In this document: one piece after another, positions 8,704 to 17,621 of the stretch | Numbering within the stretch: the stretch's first letter is position 1 | How the letters are laid out: the number at the start of each line of letters is the position of its first letter | Translations under genes and position numbers: made by a program | The notes under the pieces: model-generated | Database searches by the model: none | What the model saw: the letters and a program-made list of their open reading frames with translations, nothing else | What the model was told of the DNA's origin: nothing | NCBI GenBank assembly: GCA_032128375.1 | Contig: JAQBGU010000034.1 | Coordinates: 1-64,000, forward strand | DNA: 64,000 nucleotides | From: Deltaproteobacteria bacterium | GTDB lineage: Bacteria > Myxococcota_A > UBA9160 > SMWR01 | Direction of reading: 5' to 3'

Positions 8704-9804
8704 TCAAGGGTTGGTCACCCAGGTGATGTTCGTGTCGGCGACCGCGGGCTGGCGGTCTGCCAGCACCACCAGTTGGCGCGCGAGTTTTCCAGCCAGATCG
8801 GTGAAGGCACGCGCAGCGACGGAGTCGGGGGCACTGATTACGATCGGTGTCCCCAGGTCGCCACCTTCGACGATTCGCGGATCGATCGGAACCTCGCCGA
8901 GAAACGGAACGTCGAGTTCTGCTGCAGTTCGCTCCCCGCCCCCCTGGCCATACAGGTAGTACTTGCGATCCGGAAGGTCTGCGGGTGAGAAGTAGGACAT
9001 GTTTTCGAGGATGCCAAGCACCGGGACCTGGACTTTCTGAAACATTCGAAGGCCCTTTCGAGCGTCGATCAGCGACAGATTGTTGGCAGTGGTTACGATC
9101 ACGGCACCCGACAGCGGCGCTTGCTGGGTCAACGTGAGCGCTGCGTCACCCGTACCCGGGGGCATGTCGATGATCAGGTAGTCGAGATCGCCCCAGATGA
9201 CGTCCGTCAGAAATTGCTTGATCAGGCCATGGACCATCGGCCCGCGCCAGATCACCGGTGAATCGTCGTCTACCAGGTAGCCTATCGACATCAGCGACAA
9301 GCCGTGCGCCTTGTGGGGAAGGATCTTCTGGTCCCGGACTTGCGGCCGACCACCCGTGCCGGTCAGCAGAGGCAAGGAAGGGCCGTAGACGTCCGCGTCC
9401 AGCACACCGACTGCGGCACCGCTCTGGCTGAGTGCAAGGGCCAAGTTGATCGCAGTCGTGCTCTTGCCAACCCCACCCTTGCCCGAGGCGACCGCGATTG
9501 TGTTCTTGACGCCTGGCAGCACTTCGGCCGTCGCGGCATCCGCCCGCCCGCGTGTGCTCGAGGTCATCGTCACATCGACTGCTCTCACACCCTCGAGAGC
9601 GAGCACATTTTCTCGGCCGGCTTTCTCGAATTTCTCTTTGACAGGACACGCGGGCGTGGTCAATTCGATCGCGAAGGCCACGTGGTCGCCGTTGATCTGC
9701 AGGTTCTTGATGAAACCGAGATCAACGATGCTTTTGTTGAAATCGGGATCGATGATCGGACGAAGTGCGTTGAGAACGTCGCTATCGGTGACTTGTTGGG
9801 GCAT
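8704..9804 (-). CDS. mrp: Mrp/NBP35/ApbC family ATPase with N-terminal DUF59-like domain
   Basis: IIDPDFNKSIVDLG, LTTPACP, ASGKGGVGKST, DADVYGPS, WRGPM, DMPPGTGD, ENMSYF; SD GAGGAG before the ATG at 9804. Confidence 0.93.
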   Translation of the reverse strand: MPQQVTDSDVLNALRPIIDPDFNKSIVDLGFIKNLQINGDHVAFAIELTTPACPVKEKFEKAGRENVLALEGVRAVDVTMTSSTRGRADAATAEVLPGVKNTIAVASGKGGVGKSTTAINLALALSQSGAAVGVLDADVYGPSLPLLTGTGGRPQVRDQKILPHKAHGLSLMSIGYLVDDDSPVIWRGPMVHGLIKQFLTDVIWGDLDYLIIDMPPGTGDAALTLTQQAPLSGAVIVTTANNLSLIDARKGLRMFQKVQVPVLGILENMSYFSPADLPDRKYYLYGQGGGERTAAELDVPFLGEVPIDPRIVEGGDLGTPIVISAPDSVAARAFTDLAGKLARQLVVLADRQPAVADTNITWVTNP

Positions 9805-9897
9805 GCTGCTCCTCAATCCGCGTCGAGTGTGTGCTCGGCATGGGTCGACTGAAAATACCGAAGTGGCGCGAATTCAGCTGGCTGATCGGCCTCGAGT

Positions 9898-10269
9898 TCA
9901 GCGCATCGTGCCCGGAGCGATCAGCTCGATGACGTTTCCGTCCGGGTCGTGGATCCACATCTGGCCTTGCTCGGGTGAGGTTTCGAGAACCTCGACACCA
10001 CGATTGTTCAATTGTTCCAGGACCTTCTGGTAGTCATCGATCGCGAAGGCGTTGTGGTTTGCAAGTGGACTCAGCTTCGCAGCCTGCTTGTCAGGACCCT
10101 TCAGCTCGATCAAATGGATCTGCGCGTTCCCGGCCGAGTACCAGACACCACCGATTCCGAAATCGGGCCGCGGAACCGTCTCGAGGCCCATGATGCCCTC
10201 GTAAAATGCTCTGGAGCGCTGCAGGTCGGTCACGGTGAACGATAGGTGGTGGACGCCGTTGGCGAGCAC
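9898..10269 (-). CDS. VOC (glyoxalase/bleomycin resistance) family protein
   Basis: HHLSFTVTDLQRSRAFY...QIHL...NHNAF...DPDGNVIEL; SD AGGAGG before the GTG at 10269. Confidence 0.88.
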   Translation of the reverse strand: MLANGVHHLSFTVTDLQRSRAFYEGIMGLETVPRPDFGIGGVWYSAGNAQIHLIELKGPDKQAAKLSPLANHNAFAIDDYQKVLEQLNNRGVEVLETSPEQGQMWIHDPDGNVIELIAPGTMR

Positions 10270-10313
10270 TCTGGGGGCCTCCTGATTGGAACGCAGATTG
10301 TACTCGATTCCGG

Positions 10314-11276
10314 TCAAGCCGGCGCGGGTTTCGATGCCGCTTGGCGAAGGATCGACCGGTATCCCTTCTCGACGAGCGCATCTTCGAGGGTGCCACGTTC
10401 GCTGAGCAGGCGGTGCAGTCGGGGCAGATTGTAGAACGGCACGGTCATCAGCAGGTGGTGTTCGAGGTGGTAGTTCACCCGATTCGGTGCGATCAACAGA
10501 CGCTGCCACCAACTCGCCTCGATCGTGCGGGAGTTCTTCAATTCGTCGCCCGGTTCCGACACCATATTATGTTCTGCGATCGATCGGATTCGAGTGACGA
10601 GGCTATTGGTGGTGAACCAAGCCACGACCCACAGCAGGTACAGATCCGGTCGGCCTGCCAGCGCCAATGCGATTAGCAGCACGCTGTTTGTGATCACCAC
10701 TCCGCGCAAATTCTGCCAACCACGCCCGCCCTTTCGAGCCGTCTTTCCAAACGACAGCGATGTTCCGGCGGCGTCGTTTGCGAGTCCCAGTCCGAGATCG
10801 CGTCGCAACGTGGCGCGAGCGCGCTTCCAGCCGACCTGGCCCGACAGGTCGCGCCAGATCTTTCGCCGCATACTGTCGCCGGTTACCGGGTACTTGCTCG
10901 CCAAGTCCAGGTCCGGATCTTCGCTCGTCCAGTTCTTGGCGTGATGCTGCAGGTGATAGGGCCGATACGGGCTGACGTCGGTCCAAACGGGATACGCGCA
11001 CAGCCAGTTGCCAGCCAGGTCGTTCAAGCGGCGATTGCGGAACAGTGTGTGGTGGGCGGCCTCGTGCATCAACACGGCGAAGCCGAGCTGGCGGCCGCCG
11101 ATGATCGCGATCGCGCCCAGGATCGATACAAATCCCGGTGCCAGCGCGACCCATGCGAAGGACGCCGCTACCAGCCCCCAATTGAGCGCGATCGATCCGA
11201 AGGATCGCCAGTTGTTGGTTTCGAGCAGCGACTTGATTTCGTCGCGACTCAACGCTTGCTGCCAGACTCTCGCCAT
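10314..11276 (-). CDS. Membrane fatty acid desaturase family protein
   Basis: Three His boxes HEAAH, HLQHH and HLEHH; hydrophobic segments. Confidence 0.9.
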   Translation of the reverse strand: MARVWQQALSRDEIKSLLETNNWRSFGSIALNWGLVAASFAWVALAPGFVSILGAIAIIGGRQLGFAVLMHEAAHHTLFRNRRLNDLAGNWLCAYPVWTDVSPYRPYHLQHHAKNWTSEDPDLDLASKYPVTGDSMRRKIWRDLSGQVGWKRARATLRRDLGLGLANDAAGTSLSFGKTARKGGRGWQNLRGVVITNSVLLIALALAGRPDLYLLWVVAWFTTNSLVTRIRSIAEHNMVSEPGDELKNSRTIEASWWQRLLIAPNRVNYHLEHHLLMTVPFYNLPRLHRLLSERGTLEDALVEKGYRSILRQAASKPAPA

Positions 11277-11312
11277 TTCACTCCCCTGTTTCCAATCGTC
11301 GCCGAGCAGAAC

Positions 11313-12263
11313 TCATAGAGACGAGTCGGCGCGTGAGCTTGGTTCTGTTGGGTCCAGTCCGCCGACTCCTGTGGCCCGAATGCCGGCGGCCCGAACACCG
11401 GCCGGAATCTGCTCGGGTTCACTCTCACCGCCTAACCAGTTGGCCCAACAGCGCCGACCCAGCAGGTCGTAGCGACACATCGCGTCGAGCAGCGCGCGGC
11501 GCTCGTTTGCCGGAGCGATCGCGTCTGGCAGCAGCGGGTCCACGACGAGCTGTCGAATCCCTTCGCCACCGAGCTCGAAGGATTCTCGCATCGCCACCGC
11601 GGAGGGAAGTGTTTCGAGCCGGGCAGCGCTGCCCTCGAGCCGTGCGGTGAGTTCGAGATAGTCGCCCAGTTGTGACTCAGTGTCCCACAACGTCCGCGCG
11701 ATCGACGCGACATCGCCGTCGACAGATGTCATTCCAAATACGATTGCGCGCGGTTTGGCGCCCACTTCCACGCTGAGACCGAGACTGGCAAGGCGTTCGC
11801 GGATGGAGGCGACGCCGCCAACCAGGTTGTCCGGGCGGATGGCGAGTCCGGGCGAAAGCGTCCGAAAACCCAACAATCGCAGCGGGCGGCTGCGCTGCGC
11901 GTCGGCTCGCCTGGCCCGCGGCCCCGAAGGCCTGTCTGCTCCGCTGTGCACGCCGATCCAATCCCCGGACCAGGGGCGAATGCGCTGTTCGATCGATCGC
12001 CATCCGACGATCTGCTGGTTCACACCGAGTGCAGTCGGGCCAAGGCGATAGCGACCGCGTTCATCGCGTACCACGAGCGCATCCGCCAGTAAGCGCGCCA
12101 AGGCGACCCGCAGAGCGTTGTCGGCGATGTCGAACAGCCTTGCAGCGCTGACCAGAGCGCGGACGGGGGCCGCGCCCCGGCCGCAAGTCGACAACAAGTC
12201 GAGGGTCAGGCCCTTCGCGGTGACCCGGTTCTTGCGGGAACTTCGAACAGCGCGGTTTTCCAT
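11313..12263 (-). CDS. PaaX-family transcriptional regulator
   Basis: Winged-helix N-terminus (LFDIADNALRVALARL..RGRYRL), WSGDW, LRLLGF, RPDNL, DPLLPDAI motifs. Confidence 0.82.
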   Translation of the reverse strand: MENRAVRSSRKNRVTAKGLTLDLLSTCGRGAAPVRALVSAARLFDIADNALRVALARLLADALVVRDERGRYRLGPTALGVNQQIVGWRSIEQRIRPWSGDWIGVHSGADRPSGPRARRADAQRSRPLRLLGFRTLSPGLAIRPDNLVGGVASIRERLASLGLSVEVGAKPRAIVFGMTSVDGDVASIARTLWDTESQLGDYLELTARLEGSAARLETLPSAVAMRESFELGGEGIRQLVVDPLLPDAIAPANERRALLDAMCRYDLLGRRCWANWLGGESEPEQIPAGVRAAGIRATGVGGLDPTEPSSRADSSL

Positions 12264-12278
12264 CGCAGGATATATTAC

Positions 12279-12315
12279 CAAATATTACGAAAATGTCCAT
12301 AATCGGTAATATTTG
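12279..12315. promoter_or_regulatory. Candidate operator: CAAATATTAC-N17-GTAATATTTG inverted repeat
   Basis: Perfect 10-bp arms (12279-12288 and 12306-12315) in the AT-rich gap between the divergent PaaX-like gene and prpE; extra ATATTAC half-site at 12272. Confidence 0.65.
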
Positions 12316-12360
12316 ATCGGTCGGCCCGCGACCTCGCGCAACCCGATATATTGCTCGGCC

Positions 12361-14256
12361 GTGTCCGCTCGCTACGACAAGATCTATGCAGATTCTCTCG
12401 CCAACCCGGCAGCCTTCTGGATGCGCGCCGCCGAGCAGATCGAATGGGTTCGGCGCCCCCGCGCGGTCTTCGACGATTCCAAACCCCCCCGCGTCCGGTG
12501 GTTTCCCGGTGCGATGGTCAATACCTGTTACAACGCGGTCGACCTGCACGTGGTTGCAGGACGCGGCGACCAGGCGGCGCTCGTTTACGACAGCCCTGTG
12601 ACCGACAGCAGGCGCACGCTCAGCTACCGAGAGCTGAAGGACGAGGTTTCGCGGACCGCCGGAGCGCTGGCCGCGCTCGGCGTAGCCAAAGGCGACCGCG
12701 TGCTGCTGTATATGCCGATGATTCCAGAAGCCGTGATTGGTGCGCTGGCTACCGCGCGGTTGGGCGCGATCCATTCGGTCGTGTTTGGTGGCTTTGCAGC
12801 CAACGAACTGGCACAGCGCATTCAACACGCATCGCCGAAAGTGATCCTGACTGCGACCTGTGGCATCGAGCCGGGCCGGATCGTGCCGTATATGCCGCTG
12901 CTGGAGGCAGCGCTCGATATGACACACCAAAAGCCACAGCACATCGTTGTAGTCGATCGTCCGCAACACAAAGCCGTGCTGGCTGCGGAACGAGATCACG
13001 ACTGGAACGAACTCGTCCGAAACGCGTCGCCTGCCTCGTGCGTGCCCGTCCAGGCAAGCGAGCCGCTGTACGTGCTCTACACGTCGGGTACCACCGGCAT
13101 GCCCAAGGGTGTCGTGCGCGACAATGGCGGCCACGCCGTCGCATTGAAATGGAGCCTCGAAAACGTTTACGGGATGGCGCCCGGTGATGTGTTCTGGGCC
13201 GCATCGGACATTGGCTGGGTGGTTGGGCACTCCTACATCATCTACGCACCGCTCCTGCTCGGTTGCACGACGATTCTGTACGAGGGGAAACCCGTCGGAA
13301 CGCCCGATGCGAGTGCGTTCTGGCGCGTGATCGAGCGACACCGCGTCAACGCGCTGTTTACCGCCCCGACGGCACTACGAGCGATCAAGCGCGAGGATCC
13401 GCAGGCCGCATGCCTGGCCGACTACGATCTGACGAGTCTGAGAACCTTGTTTCTGGCCGGCGAGCGCGCCGACCCCGACACAGTGGAGTGGTGCGAACGC
13501 GCGCTCGGTGTGCCGGTCATCGACCACTGGTGGCAAACCGAAACCGGCTGGCCGATTGCAGCCAACTGCATGGGTATCGATCCACTGCCCATCAAGCGTG
13601 GTTCGCCGACGAAGGCCGTCCCAGGCTTCGACGTCCGGGTGCTCGACGATGCCGGCGAGGAACTCGGGCCGGGTGAAGCAGGACATGTTGTAATCAAGCT
13701 GCCACTACCGCCGGGCTGTCTGTCGACACTCTGGGAAGACGATGCGGGATTCGAGCAGGCGTACTTGAAACGCTTTCCGGGCTACTACCAGACTGCTGAT
13801 GCCGGACACATCGATGCAGACGGCTACCTGTGGATCATGGGCCGCACGGATGACGTCATCAACGTGGCCGGGCACCGCCTATCGACAGGTGCGATCGAGG
13901 AGGTAGTCGCCGGGCACCCCGATGTGGCCGAGTGCGCAGTGATTGGAGTCAAAGATGATCTCAAAGGCCAACTGCCAGTCGGGTTCTTGGTTCTCAATGC
14001 GGGTGTCGAACGCGAGAGTGCGGTGATCGTCGAGGAGGTGGTCGGGCGCGTCCGAAGCAGTATCGGACCGGTGGCGGCTTTCAAAATCGCCTGCGTGGTG
14101 GCGCGCCTACCGAAGACGCGCTCGGGAAAGATCCTTCGGGGTACAATGCGCAAGATCGCCGATTCGGAGAACTATCGAACGCCTGCGACGATCGAAGACC
14201 CCGCGGTTCTCAACGAAGTGAGTGCCGCGCTGCGGCTGCTGGGGTACGCGAGGTAG
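12361..14256 (+). CDS. prpE: Propionyl-CoA synthetase (acyl-CoA synthetase family)
   Basis: YTSGTTGMPKGVVRDNGGH, DHWWQTETGW, GRTDDVINVAGHRLS, LPKTRSGKILR; start GTG 12361 preferred over TTG 12313. Confidence 0.88.
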   Translation: MSARYDKIYADSLANPAAFWMRAAEQIEWVRRPRAVFDDSKPPRVRWFPGAMVNTCYNAVDLHVVAGRGDQAALVYDSPVTDSRRTLSYRELKDEVSRTAGALAALGVAKGDRVLLYMPMIPEAVIGALATARLGAIHSVVFGGFAANELAQRIQHASPKVILTATCGIEPGRIVPYMPLLEAALDMTHQKPQHIVVVDRPQHKAVLAAERDHDWNELVRNASPASCVPVQASEPLYVLYTSGTTGMPKGVVRDNGGHAVALKWSLENVYGMAPGDVFWAASDIGWVVGHSYIIYAPLLLGCTTILYEGKPVGTPDASAFWRVIERHRVNALFTAPTALRAIKREDPQAACLADYDLTSLRTLFLAGERADPDTVEWCERALGVPVIDHWWQTETGWPIAANCMGIDPLPIKRGSPTKAVPGFDVRVLDDAGEELGPGEAGHVVIKLPLPPGCLSTLWEDDAGFEQAYLKRFPGYYQTADAGHIDADGYLWIMGRTDDVINVAGHRLSTGAIEEVVAGHPDVAECAVIGVKDDLKGQLPVGFLVLNAGVERESAVIVEEVVGRVRSSIGPVAAFKIACVVARLPKTRSGKILRGTMRKIADSENYRTPATIEDPAVLNEVSAALRLLGYAR

Positions 14257-14370
14257 GCCTGATGCCGGCGATGGAGTCCAGCGCCACCCCGACCCTTGCG
14301 AAACCGCCGAAACCTACCGTGTTTGCCTACAGTTGCACGGCCCGGGAGTGACTGATCCACAGGGAGCGGT

Positions 14371-15618
14371 ATGGCAGCGGACAATCGAAAGATCGTCGCC
14401 ATCTTGTTCAGCGATGTAGTGGGATACGCGCACGTTTCCGATCCTGAGAAAACGGCTCCGATCCTTCATGACGAGGCGACTCGAAAGCTGGTCCGGTCCC
14501 TGACGCAGCAGTACGGCGGGGATTGGGTCCACGAAATCGGCGATGCGGTTGTGTGTACTTTCGCCAGCGCCGTCGCGGCGACCCAGTGTGCGTTGGAGAT
14601 CCAACAGGGAATCGCTGCGGAGTGCGAGTTCCGCCCACGGATCGGGATCCACGTCGGAGGTGTCGCGTTCCGCCCGGCCGACATTGACACCAATTTGTTC
14701 AGCGACGCAGTCAACGTGGCCGCACGCGTCCAAGGGCTCTCCGAGCGCGGTGGGATCTGTATCACGGGCCGCGTCCACGAAGAACTCCGGTCCAACCAGG
14801 CGCTTCTGGATTTCGACGACCTAGGAGAGGTATCGCTCGACAATGTCGCTGCTCCGACTCGGGTCTATCGGATCGAATTACCGATGAAATCTGTCACATT
14901 GTCCGAGTTCATTGCGGCCAAGGGTCGGCTCGTAGAAAAACGCTCGATGGTCCCGACGATCGTGATCTCCATCGCTGTGCTGATAGCCGTCACGATCGGA
15001 TGGCTACTCGTCGAGCCAGCACAGGAGGTCACAGTAGAACGGGCGGAATCCACTGGAATCCCGGAATCCAATCGAACCGATGTGGGCGCCGAGATCGCGC
15101 CCGATTCGGCTCCCGTAGAAGAGGTTTCAGAAGAAGAAGTCCGGGCTGCTGCATTTGCGACTGCGAGAGAGAAGCTACGCCGCCTCGATGGCACCCGTGA
15201 CTTCGCGGCGCGCGTGTGGACGATTCCCGACCCGGTCAAAAATGATGCGGTCTATCACGTGGGGATCGATGCCGACTGTGCCTGTACGGCGTTGCTGTTC
15301 GCGATCGATGGTTCCGCACACGAGATTTCCCTGCTGTATCCGAACCCGTTTCACAGGGACGGTTCGATACAAGCCGGTGAGGTGCTCAAGATCCCTTCGT
15401 CCGGCGAGTTTTCCTTGCGCGCAGTCGGCGGCGAGGGGATCGACGAGATGAAGCTGATCGTCGTGGATGGGCCCCTCGCGCTGGGAGTCTGGTCGGGCGT
15501 GGCCTGGAGCGCGACGCCGGAACAGACAGAGCGTGTTGCCGAACTCGAAACATTTCTCGCGACGATCGAAACGCTCGAGTGGGATTCGGCCGCCGCTCCG
15601 CTGCAGATCGTTCCATAG
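14371..15618 (+). CDS. Class III nucleotidyl cyclase domain - TM helix - extracytoplasmic DUF4384-like domain
   Basis: ILFSDVVGY, IGDA, RIGIHVG, DAVNVAAR; TM IVISIAVLIAVTIGWLLV; C-terminal SLLYPNPF..IQAGEVLKIP..GEGIDEMKLIV typical of DUF4384. Confidence 0.82.
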   Translation: MAADNRKIVAILFSDVVGYAHVSDPEKTAPILHDEATRKLVRSLTQQYGGDWVHEIGDAVVCTFASAVAATQCALEIQQGIAAECEFRPRIGIHVGGVAFRPADIDTNLFSDAVNVAARVQGLSERGGICITGRVHEELRSNQALLDFDDLGEVSLDNVAAPTRVYRIELPMKSVTLSEFIAAKGRLVEKRSMVPTIVISIAVLIAVTIGWLLVEPAQEVTVERAESTGIPESNRTDVGAEIAPDSAPVEEVSEEEVRAAAFATAREKLRRLDGTRDFAARVWTIPDPVKNDAVYHVGIDADCACTALLFAIDGSAHEISLLYPNPFHRDGSIQAGEVLKIPSSGEFSLRAVGGEGIDEMKLIVVDGPLALGVWSGVAWSATPEQTERVAELETFLATIETLEWDSAAAPLQIVP

Positions 15619-15815
15619 CTGGTCGATCGAGAGCCGGTAGATCGAGAGCGGTCGATCGAGCTAAGGGTGCGAAAATGCTACGAAATAGAGTTGACATAGA
15701 GCGCGTCGATTGATCCAATGGTAGGCATTGGGGTGGGGCGATGCGCTCGTGGAATCGCGACCCGGTGTTGAAGAAGGTCTCGAATCGAGCTGGGAACCCC
15801 TGGGAGGGGAAAGAG

Positions 15816-17456
15816 TTGCCGAAACTTCATCAAGCGGGCCACAGCCATGCGAGTCACAGCCATGCGGGCCGTCGCCGTAGCCATCGCCATAGCCATAGAA
15901 GGTACGAAGCGCTGTTCGACCCAGGCACTTTGCTGCTGGCGATTGCCGTCGCAGCCACGATCGCGCTCGACGCGACAGCATCGGTAAAATCGGAGATCGC
16001 TTTTCACCGCGGCGTAGTCGCATATGGCGCCGGCGAGTACGACGCCGCGAAGCTGGCCTTCGAAACAGTGCTCGCCGAGGATGCGCAAGACACGGGAGCG
16101 ATCCAATATCTCGGCCTGATCGCCGTGGAACAGGGCAAGCCCGCCGAAGCGGTCGCGCTGTACCGCCGCGCATTGGCGATCGACCCCGATGACGTCGATC
16201 TACACTTCGACTTGGGAGCGGCGCTGCTCGAGAGTAACCAGGCCGCCGCGGCGCGAGCCGAATTCGACCGCGTGTTGGCCACTCAACCCGAGCGGGCGCG
16301 AGCACACCTGTTTGCGGGGATTTCCGCCTACCGCGACGCGGCCTATTCCGAAGCACTGCCATATCTAACCCGCGCCGAAAAACTCGACCCCTCCCTGCGA
16401 TCCCAGGCGCGCTATTACACCGGCCTTTCCCAGGCTCACCTGCAGGATTTTCCGTCGGCCGCGGGAGCCTTTGCCGATGCCGAGCAATCACCGCTGTCAC
16501 CGCTATCGCAGTCGGCGCGCAACCTGCGAGCGCAAGTGACGCCCGAGGCGGAGCAGCGGCGCTGGGATTTGACGCTGACCGCCGGACTCGAATACGACAG
16601 CAACCCGACACTTGCCGGCGAGACACTCAACCAAAACGATGATGGGCGAGGTGTGTATCGGGTTCGCGGCCGAGTGAACCTGTTCGAAAACGAGCGCTAC
16701 TCGCTCGCGGCGGGTTACGACGGCTACATCAGCACGCATTTCGAGGAGACTTTCGTCGATCTGCAGACTCACGTTGGCTATCTGACGGCGAGAGCCAACT
16801 TCGATCCGGTGCAGGTCGGAATCCGGTATGACTACGCTTATACCTGGCTCGATCTCGATCGAGACTTTCGCGGACTGCATCGGGTGACACCAACGGTTGG
16901 CGTGCGGGAGGATAGTTGGGGTTACAGCCAGCTCTTCTATCAACTCCAGCTCCAGCAGTTTTATTTCGGGCGACCCGCGTCGCTGGCCCAAACCGATCGC
17001 GACGGCGATCGACAAACTGTCGGGTTCACCCAGTTCCTCTTTCCGGGCAGCTACCTACCGGACTTTCTTCCTATCACCTACTTCCGCGTGGGCGCACTAG
17101 GCGACTTCCAGAACCCCGCCGGCACCGAGTTTGCGTTCGATTCCTGGGAATTCTCGTTTGGCTTTGGAGCCGAATTGCCTTGGGACACGCAGATGAGCGT
17201 GATGTACCTGCTCACCGACCGCGATTATCGACACCATTCGATTTTCAACCAGGCTGGGCAGGTGATCGTCAATCCGCAACAGAGCGGCAAAGTTCGCGAC
17301 GACCTTCAGAATCGGCTGAGTTTCGAGCTGACCAAGCCCATTACCGAACATTTTCAAATTTCCGCTGCGGGGTCATTTACTTTCAATGACTCGAACGTTC
17401 CCCTGTATGATTACAACCGCAAGGTCATTGGCGCGTATCTGACGTTCCAGTTCTGA
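15816..17456 (+). CDS. TPR + C-terminal beta-barrel outer-membrane protein (Slam/DUF560-like architecture)
   Basis: Signal peptide, several TPRs, then LTAGLEYDSN and amphipathic strands ending YLTFQF (terminal Phe); SD GGAGGGG before TTG 15816 (ORF open from 15741). Confidence 0.78.
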   Translation: MPKLHQAGHSHASHSHAGRRRSHRHSHRRYEALFDPGTLLLAIAVAATIALDATASVKSEIAFHRGVVAYGAGEYDAAKLAFETVLAEDAQDTGAIQYLGLIAVEQGKPAEAVALYRRALAIDPDDVDLHFDLGAALLESNQAAAARAEFDRVLATQPERARAHLFAGISAYRDAAYSEALPYLTRAEKLDPSLRSQARYYTGLSQAHLQDFPSAAGAFADAEQSPLSPLSQSARNLRAQVTPEAEQRRWDLTLTAGLEYDSNPTLAGETLNQNDDGRGVYRVRGRVNLFENERYSLAAGYDGYISTHFEETFVDLQTHVGYLTARANFDPVQVGIRYDYAYTWLDLDRDFRGLHRVTPTVGVREDSWGYSQLFYQLQLQQFYFGRPASLAQTDRDGDRQTVGFTQFLFPGSYLPDFLPITYFRVGALGDFQNPAGTEFAFDSWEFSFGFGAELPWDTQMSVMYLLTDRDYRHHSIFNQAGQVIVNPQQSGKVRDDLQNRLSFELTKPITEHFQISAAGSFTFNDSNVPLYDYNRKVIGAYLTFQF

Positions 17457-17621
17457 GCGTACGGGTGTAAACGACCACTTGGGAGCGCGGGCAACAGAAG
17501 CGATCGTGATAGCGGATCGCAATCGTGGGTCGTGGATCGTGATAGAAGGTTGAAAACAACACGAAACAAGAAGATCAAGAACGAGAAATAGCCAATGCAT
17601 TCGACAAATCGGAGAACGACA

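Noticed and set aside
12061..13341. Long antisense ORFs (also 4716..5885, 36375..37736, 56488..57600 and others)
   Set aside because: Shadow ORFs opposite well-supported genes, expected in high-GC DNA; no recognisable motifs.
14371..15618. Pycsar defence cyclase
   Set aside because: No adjacent cNMP-binding effector, and the architecture is receptor-like; only the substrate question is kept as a finding.
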